64,000 nucleotides of DNA from NCBI GenBank assembly GCA_963665115.1, contig OY762007.1, forward strand, positions 8,512,001 through 8,576,000. The letters run 5' to 3'. Source of the DNA: an uncultured Rivularia sp. (GTDB lineage: Bacteria; Cyanobacteriota; Cyanobacteriia; Cyanobacteriales; Nostocaceae). Below the pieces are notes generated by a model. The model was given only the letters and a program-made list of their open reading frames with translations. It was not told the DNA's origin and did not search any database. The position numbers and the translations under genes were made by a program. This document shows, piece after piece, positions 31,770 to 39,692 of this stretch. Within the stretch, counting starts at the first letter, position 1. Each line of letters starts with the position of its first letter.

Positions 31770-32345
31770 ATGCTAAGTAAATTACAATTACCAAGCAAAC
31801 TTCGTCAAAAAGTAGATAAAGAGCTTGAAATTGGAGAATCTATTAGGTGGGTTGAGCAACCCATACCTCGTTTTTTTACAGCAACTTCTATCGGCGGTTT
31901 TTTATTTGCTATTCCTTGGACGAGTTTTGCCATATTTTGGGTGTCGATGGCATTAAGAGCCAGCGTTTTTTTTGCTCTCTTCGGTATACCTTTTGTGCTT
32001 GTTGGTTTGGGGATGTTGTCTAGTCCTATATGGTTAAGGCTGTCGGCGCGAAATACAGTTTATTTAATTACAAATAAACGAGCTTTATCTATTTCTATTC
32101 CAGTTAGCTCATTTGGAAATATCTTGTCTACTACTATAAGAAACTACCCACCCTCTAAGTTAAAAGATATATATCGCAAAGAGCGAGCAGATGGTACGGG
32201 TGACGTGGTTATGGCAGTTCAACAAAGCACCAGTAATATTAATAATCGTAGAAATCAAACAACTCAGGAGATAGGATTCATGGGAATTCACAACCCGCAA
32301 GAAGTTGAGAAGATGTTAAGACAGTTAGCTCAAGATGCTGAGTAA
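31770..32345 (+). CDS. Hypothetical membrane protein (two TM plus possible PH-like domain)
   Basis: GESIRWVEQP, two TM helices, YLITNKRA, DGTGDV. Confidence 0.7.
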   Translation: MLSKLQLPSKLRQKVDKELEIGESIRWVEQPIPRFFTATSIGGFLFAIPWTSFAIFWVSMALRASVFFALFGIPFVLVGLGMLSSPIWLRLSARNTVYLITNKRALSISIPVSSFGNILSTTIRNYPPSKLKDIYRKERADGTGDVVMAVQQSTSNINNRRNQTTQEIGFMGIHNPQEVEKMLRQLAQDAE

Positions 32346-32950
32346 TAGCGGTATTCAATTCTCAAACGTTGAGGAAATCTACTATTCTTCTCGGAATAAC
32401 TATTACGGTTAATTTCTTGCAATCCCAATTTTTTAAAATAATCAACTTCTTCCAAAGATAAAGGATAAGGTGGCCCACTTGGTTCTTCAGGAGTATCGCG
32501 GGTAACTGTGACGACTAATAATGTTCCTTCCTCAGTGACTAATTGAGCAATCGCTGCCATTACTTGCTCGCGAACTTTTAAAGGCAAAGATTGAATTGTT
32601 CTCGCTTCAAAAACAAAATCAAAATTTCGCTGCCATTTTTTATTTAGATCGAATACATCGGCAACAACATAGTTGACTGAAGAATCGGGAAACCTTTGTT
32701 TGCACCAATCTATAGCTGTAGGAGAAATATCAAAAGCTGTAACGTTAAAGCCTCTCTCAGCTAGGATTTCCGCATCGTCTCCCAATCCACATCCGACAAC
32801 TAAAGCTTTTATTTTTAAACCCTTGCCAAATTGGGGATTTTGATTTAACCAATCTTTGAGATAAGCATTTGCGGTCATATTCGCCCAAGGAACTTGATTT
32901 GAGTCTCCTTTGGCCTTGATGTATACGTTGTCGAACCAGTTTTGGGTCAT
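32330..32950 (-). CDS. Class I SAM methyltransferase (TPMT-like)
   Basis: VPWA, ALVVGCGLGDDA, FDISPTAI, GPPYPL. Confidence 0.88.
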   Translation of the reverse strand: MTQNWFDNVYIKAKGDSNQVPWANMTANAYLKDWLNQNPQFGKGLKIKALVVGCGLGDDAEILAERGFNVTAFDISPTAIDWCKQRFPDSSVNYVVADVFDLNKKWQRNFDFVFEARTIQSLPLKVREQVMAAIAQLVTEEGTLLVVTVTRDTPEEPSGPPYPLSLEEVDYFKKLGLQEINRNSYSEKNSRFPQRLRIEYRYYSAS

Positions 32951-33019
32951 TTCAATTTTGGGTTTAGAGGATATTTCTTTACGTTTGTGTTCCCGATTCG
33001 CACAAAGTTTTAGAGATTT

Positions 33020-33620
33020 CTATTCAGAATCTTTGAACACTTGAAGATATGGAGCATAAGCAAAAGCTCTATTACGCTTTTGCCCAGTAATTTCTTCTAA
33101 AAGACCTAAACTGCATAAATCTTTAACTAACGTATTAGCATTCGGATAGGACAATTGAATAATTTCTTCAACTTGTTCAACCGTAATAATTGGTCGGGAG
33201 TAAAGATTTTCTATGAATTTCTCGAATTAACCTTAATGATACGGGTAATGTATTTAAGCGCTCTAAACCATGATTAACTGCTGCAATATAGTTGACCACC
33301 TCAGCAACTTCTTGAGGATTTTCTGGTTCAAGAGCTTTAGATTCAAACTCTAGTACATCTATCAAAGATGCTTGTGTTCCTTCAATTTGACTTGACAAAA
33401 CCGCTTCTTTACGGACGTACATGAATACAAATAGTTCGGGATTAGGTAAAGCATCCGTAGAGCCATCTAAGCGACCTAAAGCACGGTCTGCTTGAGATAA
33501 AAGATTCCACATCTCCATGTCTATATGGATTTCTGGTTGAGGAGGTAACGGACTTGGGATAAAAGCTTTATATCCTCCAGCCTGCTGTACATAACACCCT
33601 GCCCTATTTTTATCCACCAT
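33020..33620 (-). pseudogene. Fic family protein with internal deletion of the catalytic core
   Basis: Fic N-domain (EAVLSSQIEGTQAS) joined out of frame to C-terminal wHTH (..LEEITGQKRNRAFAYAPYL..*); no HPFxDGNGR. Confidence 0.85.
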
Positions 33621-33836
33621 TATTATCGACTTCGTTAATACTGAATAATTATTAAAGCTATATTATCAAAAACAGAGCTATATCGTTAATAAGACAAATT
33701 ATTTAAGTAATTGTGGAATTGTATAAAGCAATTGAAGAGCTAGTGTCAGTAACAGGTTATGCCGTTCAGTAAAACTTGAAACTGGCATAGCCCAATAAAA
33801 CTAAGACACTGTTGGGTTATGTCTAAACGCCGTTCC

Positions 33837-34877
33837 TCAATCTAACCCACTTAATGCATTACTTATCCCAGGCATTTCAATAAAATTAGGCAGTTTTTTG
33901 ATGGAATTACACCATTGATTTATGGCAGGATATTTATCTAAACTCACACCACCTTCGGGTGCTAAAGCAATATAGGGAAAACAAGCAATATCAGCAATGG
34001 TAGGACGATTCAAAGCTAACCATTGATTTTGAGTTAAATGTTGTTCGATAAGATTTAAAATTGGCTCTGCTTTTTTCTGCGCTGCTTCGACATTAATTCC
34101 AAAGCCAAACTTTGTACCTACTCTAGCATCAGCAGGGCCGCGAGCAATTTCGTTTGCTGCTGTTAATAACCATTGAGTTACCTGTGCCATTCCCGCTGCA
34201 TCGCTAGGAAACCAAGCTTCTCCACCGTGTTTTTTTGCTAGATAAACTAGAATCGCTTGGGAATCTCTCAAAACTAAATCGCCGTCTTCTAATACCGGCA
34301 CTTGTCCGAAAGGATTTAATTGTAAAAATTCCGCTGATTTTTGCTGTTTAGCCACAACATCTACAGGTACAAGCTCATATTTAATATCCAGCAAGGATAA
34401 GAATAAACGTACTTTATAGCAATTTCCTGAAAGCTCTAAATCATATAGTTTCATAATTGAAATCTCTTGAGTTTGTTGTTGTGTAATAGAAGGATAAATT
34501 TGGTCGAATTCTAATACGTTGCCATCTGGATCTCGAATGAAACAAACTCGACGACGCTCTCCAAGATATTTTGGCCCTTCTGTAACTTGAATATTTTCTT
34601 GCTCTAATTTCTTTAACAATACATCCAAATCATCTACAATAAAGGCTGGATGAGTAATTCCTGGATACTTTATCGGTTCATCCATGAGAATATTTTTATC
34701 GCGTTTTGCTCCATTGAAGATCAAATTTATATAAACACCACCATCTGTAACTAACTCGCTGGCTTGCTCCTTTGGAAAATACTTCTCTTCGATAAATCCC
34801 AGCTTTTCGTAAAATTCTAAAGCTTGAAGGCGATCGCTAACCCGAATCCCTATATGCTCGTAATCAATAATTTTCAT
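33837..34877 (-). CDS. VOC/glyoxalase domain fused to glutathione S-transferase
   Basis: YEHIGIRVSD..FIRDPDGNVLEF, then MKLYDLELSGNCYK..NPFGQVPVL..DSQAIL. Confidence 0.85.
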   Translation of the reverse strand: MKIIDYEHIGIRVSDRLQALEFYEKLGFIEEKYFPKEQASELVTDGGVYINLIFNGAKRDKNILMDEPIKYPGITHPAFIVDDLDVLLKKLEQENIQVTEGPKYLGERRRVCFIRDPDGNVLEFDQIYPSITQQQTQEISIMKLYDLELSGNCYKVRLFLSLLDIKYELVPVDVVAKQQKSAEFLQLNPFGQVPVLEDGDLVLRDSQAILVYLAKKHGGEAWFPSDAAGMAQVTQWLLTAANEIARGPADARVGTKFGFGINVEAAQKKAEPILNLIEQHLTQNQWLALNRPTIADIACFPYIALAPEGGVSLDKYPAINQWCNSIKKLPNFIEMPGISNALSGLD

Positions 34878-34884
34878 TTTTTTG

Positions 34885-34900
34885 CACGGAACGTTCGGTG
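34885..34900. promoter_or_regulatory. Candidate TetR operator palindrome
   Basis: CACGGAAC|GTTCGGTG (one mismatch) between divergent VOC-GST and tetR genes. Confidence 0.5.
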
Positions 34901-34959
34901 AAGAGATTGTAAGAAAGTTTACCGATTGCTGGGTAAAATGTCAATACAGCCAAAAATAG

Positions 34960-35508
34960 TTGCAAATGACCAGAGAAGAAGCGATTGTCAAATTAATTCC
35001 AGCATTTAGGAAGCATGGTTATGAAGGTGCTAGTCTATCCTTGCTTTCAAAAGCGAGCGGATTAGGAAAAGCCAGCCTTTATCATTACTTTCCTGGTGGT
35101 AAATCAGAAATGGCTGCTGCTGTGTTTGAGTATGTGGGTATTGATTTTGGTAGCTTGGTGCTGAAGACTTTGCGGGGAGAAGGTGAACCTGCTGCTAAAA
35201 TTCAAGCTGCTTGTAATAGTTTGCGGGAGTTTTACGATTCAGGGAGAAATTCTTGTTTTTTAGCGATAATGTCATTTGGTGAAGCCGATAAGTTGTTTCA
35301 TGACAGAGTAAAAGCGAGATTGGAATTGACGATCAAAACCTTAGCTCAAGTGTTGGTAGATGCAGGGATTGAAGTGGAAGTTGCCCAAATTAGGTCGCAA
35401 GATGCTATTGCTCAAATTCAAGGAGCGTTGATTTTGGTGAGGATTTTGGATGATATTGAACCTTTTGAAAGAGTTATTCAGGGTTTGCCGGGAAGGTTGT
35501 TGGGGTGA
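34960..35508 (+). CDS. TetR/AcrR family regulator (LmrA/YxaF-like)
   Basis: GYEGAS..SGLGKASLYHYFPGGK. Confidence 0.92.
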   Translation: MQMTREEAIVKLIPAFRKHGYEGASLSLLSKASGLGKASLYHYFPGGKSEMAAAVFEYVGIDFGSLVLKTLRGEGEPAAKIQAACNSLREFYDSGRNSCFLAIMSFGEADKLFHDRVKARLELTIKTLAQVLVDAGIEVEVAQIRSQDAIAQIQGALILVRILDDIEPFERVIQGLPGRLLG

Positions 35509-35539
35509 ATATTTTTCTAACATTTTATTCCACGTCAAC

Positions 35540-36163
35540 TTAGTCACCGTTTGGGTGCAGTTTTCGGTCATAAAGAACTACATCTGTAGGTGCATTTCTC
35601 CTTCTAGATGCTAATATTTTAGGCTCGATTGGTACTTCAGTAGGTATGAAAGTCAGCAGACAAAGTTCCATTTCGTCATCCCAATCATCATAGTCAGCAT
35701 CTTCGCAGTTAAAATTCGGTTCTGCTTCAATTTCTTCTCTAGTAAAAAACCGATTTTGAAATAGTAATTGATAGTGTCCCGTATATAAAGGAAACGAAAA
35801 AATAGCACCGTCGGTAGCATCTGCAAAGACGTGTATTCGTTCTTCACCTGTAACTTCAAAAGGCAGAAGTATTACACTAGTGTTATGATTTTGTTTTTCT
35901 GTAAAGTTTTTAGTTTGAACAGCAATAACGGGATCTATTTCTAAGCTTTCTGCAACCGCTATTTTTACCCAGTAGCTTTGATAATCGCTTAACATATAAA
36001 ATGAGACAAAATCTTGATACCAAGCAAATCCTTGATTCATTTGAAGTTTAGTTCCTTCATCACGATAATGGCTGTCACTATTATGCTTTTCAAGTGATTT
36101 AGAGATGTAGATAAAGGAATTATAAATATTATCTAATCTAATTTCTGCAATTACTTCATTCAT
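35540..36163 (-). CDS. ComJ-like putative immunity protein, array copy 5 (most distal)
   Basis: MNEVIAEIR..QGFAW..ILLPF..GHYQLLFQNR paralogue. Confidence 0.7.
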   Translation of the reverse strand: MNEVIAEIRLDNIYNSFIYISKSLEKHNSDSHYRDEGTKLQMNQGFAWYQDFVSFYMLSDYQSYWVKIAVAESLEIDPVIAVQTKNFTEKQNHNTSVILLPFEVTGEERIHVFADATDGAIFSFPLYTGHYQLLFQNRFFTREEIEAEPNFNCEDADYDDWDDEMELCLLTFIPTEVPIEPKILASRRRNAPTDVVLYDRKLHPNGD

Positions 36164-36196
36164 AAATTGCAACCGTGAATTTATAAGGATTTTTTG

Positions 36197-36835
36197 TTAG
36201 TCGTCACTATCTTGGTACATTTTTCGCTCGTGAATAATTAATTGATTAGAAAAATCTTTAGTTCCAAGCTCACTTCTATACGTTAAAATTTTAGCCTCAA
36301 TCGGTTCTTTCGTAGGGATAAAAGTCAGCAGACAAAGCTCCATTTGGTCTTCCCATTTATCGTAGTCCATATTTTCGCAGTTGAAATTAGGTTCTGCTTC
36401 GATTTCCTCTCTGGTAAAATCGCGATTTTGGAATAATAATTGGTAGTGTCCTGCTGGTAAGGTGAAAGAAAAAGTTGCACTAACTGGATCATCTCCGAAT
36501 ACGCATACCCGCTCTTCACTAGTAATTTGAAAAGGGAGAAGTATTACGCTAGCTGGAACATACATTCCAAGTTCCTTCGCATTAACAATAACGGGATCTA
36601 TTTCTAAGCAATCTTTAATTTCTATTTTTATCCAGTACGATAGGTAATCCCTTAACATATTAAAGGCTATAAAATCTTGATACCAAACAAATCCTTGGTC
36701 TAATAATAGGTCTGAGTAGTCTTCGGGTTCATCTCCTATTACCTGACTGGATTTATATCCTATAGGTAACTTAGAAACATGAATAAAGGGGACGAAAATA
36801 TCATTTATTCTTATTTCTGCAATGACTTCATTCAT
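36197..36835 (-). CDS. ComJ-like putative immunity protein, copy 4
   Basis: Same family motifs. Confidence 0.7.
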   Translation of the reverse strand: MNEVIAEIRINDIFVPFIHVSKLPIGYKSSQVIGDEPEDYSDLLLDQGFVWYQDFIAFNMLRDYLSYWIKIEIKDCLEIDPVIVNAKELGMYVPASVILLPFQITSEERVCVFGDDPVSATFSFTLPAGHYQLLFQNRDFTREEIEAEPNFNCENMDYDKWEDQMELCLLTFIPTKEPIEAKILTYRSELGTKDFSNQLIIHERKMYQDSDD

Positions 36836-36868
36836 AAATCTTAATTGTGAATTTAGAAGAATTTTTTG

Positions 36869-37501
36869 TTATTCGTCACTATTTTGGTGAAGCTTTCGGT
36901 CGTAAAGAATTAACGGAGTGGAAAAATCTTTAGTTCCAAGCTGGCTTTTATACGTGAAAATCTTAGGCTCAATCTGCTCTTTAGTAGGTATAAAGGTCAG
37001 CAGACAAAGCTCAATTTCGTCTTCCCAATAATCATAGTCTTCGCAGTTGAAATTAGGTTCTGCTTCGACTTCCTCTCTGGTAAAATAGCGGTTTTGAAAC
37101 AATAATTGATAGTGTCCCGCAGGCAACGGGAACGAAAAAATAACACCGTCGTTAACATCTCCAAACACGCAGACTCGCTCTTCAACTGCAAGTTGAAAAG
37201 GGAGAAGGATTGCGCTCGCTCCATCGGCTAGTCTAAGCTTCTTAGCGTTGGCAATAACGGAATCTATTTCTAAGCTTTCTGCAACCGCTATTTTGACCCA
37301 GTACGATTGATAATCGCTTAACATATCGAAGGCTATGGAATCTCGAAACCATACAAATCCTTGGTTTGTTAGTATTCTGATGTCTTCTTCGGGTTCACCT
37401 CCTATTACCCGGCTAGATTTTAGGATCATCGGTGAATTAGAAACATGGATGGTTGACGTGAAAACATTATCTATTCTAATTTCTGCAATGACTTCATTCA
37501 T
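36869..37501 (-). CDS. ComJ-like putative immunity protein, copy 3
   Basis: Same family motifs. Confidence 0.7.
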   Translation of the reverse strand: MNEVIAEIRIDNVFTSTIHVSNSPMILKSSRVIGGEPEEDIRILTNQGFVWFRDSIAFDMLSDYQSYWVKIAVAESLEIDSVIANAKKLRLADGASAILLPFQLAVEERVCVFGDVNDGVIFSFPLPAGHYQLLFQNRYFTREEVEAEPNFNCEDYDYWEDEIELCLLTFIPTKEQIEPKIFTYKSQLGTKDFSTPLILYDRKLHQNSDE

Positions 37502-37665
37502 AAATTAAAAGATTAATGACAAATATTAAAACGATAAAAACGGGGGCAATGCGCGATTGCGTTACACCGCCCGTTTCTACACTCAGTATAAAAATACTTC
37601 AAACGCCAATTTTTCTGTAGAACATTAAATTTTGACTCAGTGGAACCACTTATAAAGCTTTACTT

Positions 37666-38295
37666 TTATTCGTCACTATTTTGGTGAAGTTTTCGATCGT
37701 AAAGAATTAACGGAGTAGAAAAATCTTTAGTTCCAAGCTGACTTTTATACGTGAAAATCTTAGGTTCAATCGGCTCTTTAGTGGGTATAAAGGTCAGCAG
37801 ACAAAGCTCAATTTCGTCTTCCCAATAATCATAGTCTTCGCAGTCGAAATTAGGTTCTGCTTCGACTTCCTCTCTGGTAAAATAGCGATTTTGAAACAAT
37901 AATTGATAGTGTCCCGCAGGCAAGGTGAAAGAAAAAGTCACGTTATCATCATAATCTCCGAACACGCATACTCGCTCTTCACCTGTAAGTTGAAAAGGCA
38001 GAAGGATTGCGCTAGCTCGACCACCTATTCCAAGTTCCTTAGCGTTGGCAATAACCGGATCTATTTCTAAGCTTTCTGAAATAGCTATTTTTATCCAGTA
38101 CGATTGATAATCGCTTAACATATAAAACGCGATAGAATCTTGGAACCAAACAAATCCTTGATCTAATAGTAGCTTTATCCCCTCGCTTTCAGAGCCTCTT
38201 ACCTGGCTAGATTTGTATCCTATAGGTAACTTAGAAACATGGACAAAGGAGGCGAAAACATTATCTATTCTAATTTCTGCAATGACTTCATTCAT
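37666..38295 (-). CDS. ComJ-like putative immunity protein, copy 2
   Basis: Same family motifs. Confidence 0.7.
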   Translation of the reverse strand: MNEVIAEIRIDNVFASFVHVSKLPIGYKSSQVRGSESEGIKLLLDQGFVWFQDSIAFYMLSDYQSYWIKIAISESLEIDPVIANAKELGIGGRASAILLPFQLTGEERVCVFGDYDDNVTFSFTLPAGHYQLLFQNRYFTREEVEAEPNFDCEDYDYWEDEIELCLLTFIPTKEPIEPKIFTYKSQLGTKDFSTPLILYDRKLHQNSDE

Positions 38296-38443
38296 AAATT
38301 AAAAGATTACTGACAAATATTAAAACGATAAAAATGGGGGCTATGCGCGATAATGTTATACTCATTAAAAAAAATTCAAACGCTGATTTTTCTGTAGAAC
38401 GTTGGATTATCAAGGAAGTGGAACTACTTAGAAGGGTCAATTG

Positions 38444-39079
38444 TTAGTCGTCAGTATTTGGGTACAGTTTTTGATCGTAAAGAATTAACGGAGTGGAATC
38501 TTTAGTTCCAGCCCAACCTCTATCGATGAATATTTTAGGCTCAATCGGTTCTTGAGTGGGGATAAAGGTCAGCAGACAAAGCTCAAGTTGGTTTTTCCAA
38601 TCATCATAGTCCATATCTTCGCACTCGAAATTCGATTCGGCTTCGATTTCCTCTCTGGTAAAATCACGGTTTTGAAATAATAATTGATAGTGTCCCGCAG
38701 GTAAGGTGAAAGAAAAAGTGACACTAACATCATCATCTCCGAACACACATACTTGCTCTTCACTGGTAATTTGAAAAGGGAGAAGTATTACGCTAGCTAG
38801 ACCGTCTCTTCTAAGTTCCTTATCGTTGGCAATAACGGGATCTATTTCTAAGCGATCTTTAATCTCTATTTTTATCCAGTACGATAGATAATCACTGAAC
38901 ATATCAAAGGCTATAAAATCTTGATACCAAGCAAATCCTTGGTCTAATACTAGCTCTGAGTATTCTTCAGGTTCACCTACTCTTACCTGGCTAGATTTGT
39001 ATCCTATAGGTAACTTAGAAACATGGATAATTGACGTGGAAACATTATTTATTCTAATTTCTGCAATGACTTCATTCAT
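38444..39079 (-). CDS. ComJ-like putative immunity protein, copy 1
   Basis: Same family motifs. Confidence 0.7.
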   Translation of the reverse strand: MNEVIAEIRINNVSTSIIHVSKLPIGYKSSQVRVGEPEEYSELVLDQGFAWYQDFIAFDMFSDYLSYWIKIEIKDRLEIDPVIANDKELRRDGLASVILLPFQITSEEQVCVFGDDDVSVTFSFTLPAGHYQLLFQNRDFTREEIEAESNFECEDMDYDDWKNQLELCLLTFIPTQEPIEPKIFIDRGWAGTKDSTPLILYDQKLYPNTDD

Positions 39080-39175
39080 AAATTAAAAGATTACTGACAA
39101 ATATTAAAACGATAAAAATGGGGGCTATGCGCGATTGCGTTACACCCCCATTTATACACTCAGTATAAAAATACT

Positions 39176-39460
39176 TTATGCTATCGGTTCAGGTAAAGCG
39201 CTTTTGCTTTCTCCTGGTTCAAAGAAACCCCGGTTATTAAGGTCAGTTGCCATTACATCTTCAACGTAACCTAAAGTCTGTCCTGCAAATTTTCCTTTTA
39301 CAAAAAATATTTCTGTGCCGTTGTTGCTTATGCCTTGGCTTGAACCAAGTGAAGGATAATCAGGAAGTTCGGGGATGAAGGGTGTTCCATCTGGTCTTGT
39401 CCCATTAGAAATTTGCCGAAAGTCAATAGTTGAGAAGTTTACAGGATTGGCAAGCGTAAT
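39176..39460 (-). pseudogene. Orphan 3' gene fragment upstream of the array (possible toxin C-terminus)
   Basis: Open frame with real stop directly before the repeated leader; the apparent start lies within an SDR palindrome (39490-39555). Confidence 0.45.
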
Positions 39461-39692
39461 TTTAAAATACCCCCAAAACCCAAAGATGGTACGTGACGCT
39501 ATTATCTTCCTTATAACCACCAACAAAAATCATCGAAGCGTCACACACCCTACAATAATTTCTACCCCCTCTTCCCCCTCTTCCCCCTCTTCCCCCTCTA
39601 CCCCCTCTCCCCATCCCCCATTCCCACACCAACCCCAAAACCCGCTATCATATAGGCGTTAACTAATTACCAACAGACAAGGGAAGGGAGTT

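Noticed and set aside
35653..38763. Recurrent alternative-frame ORFs inside array genes
   Set aside because: They recur only because the host genes are paralogous.
37502..39175. Integron attC cassette array
   Set aside because: No integrase in the window and no clear RYYYAAC..GTTRRRY boxes around the hairpins.
35540..39460. Diversity-generating retroelement
   Set aside because: No reverse transcriptase, and differences among paralogues are not adenine-specific.
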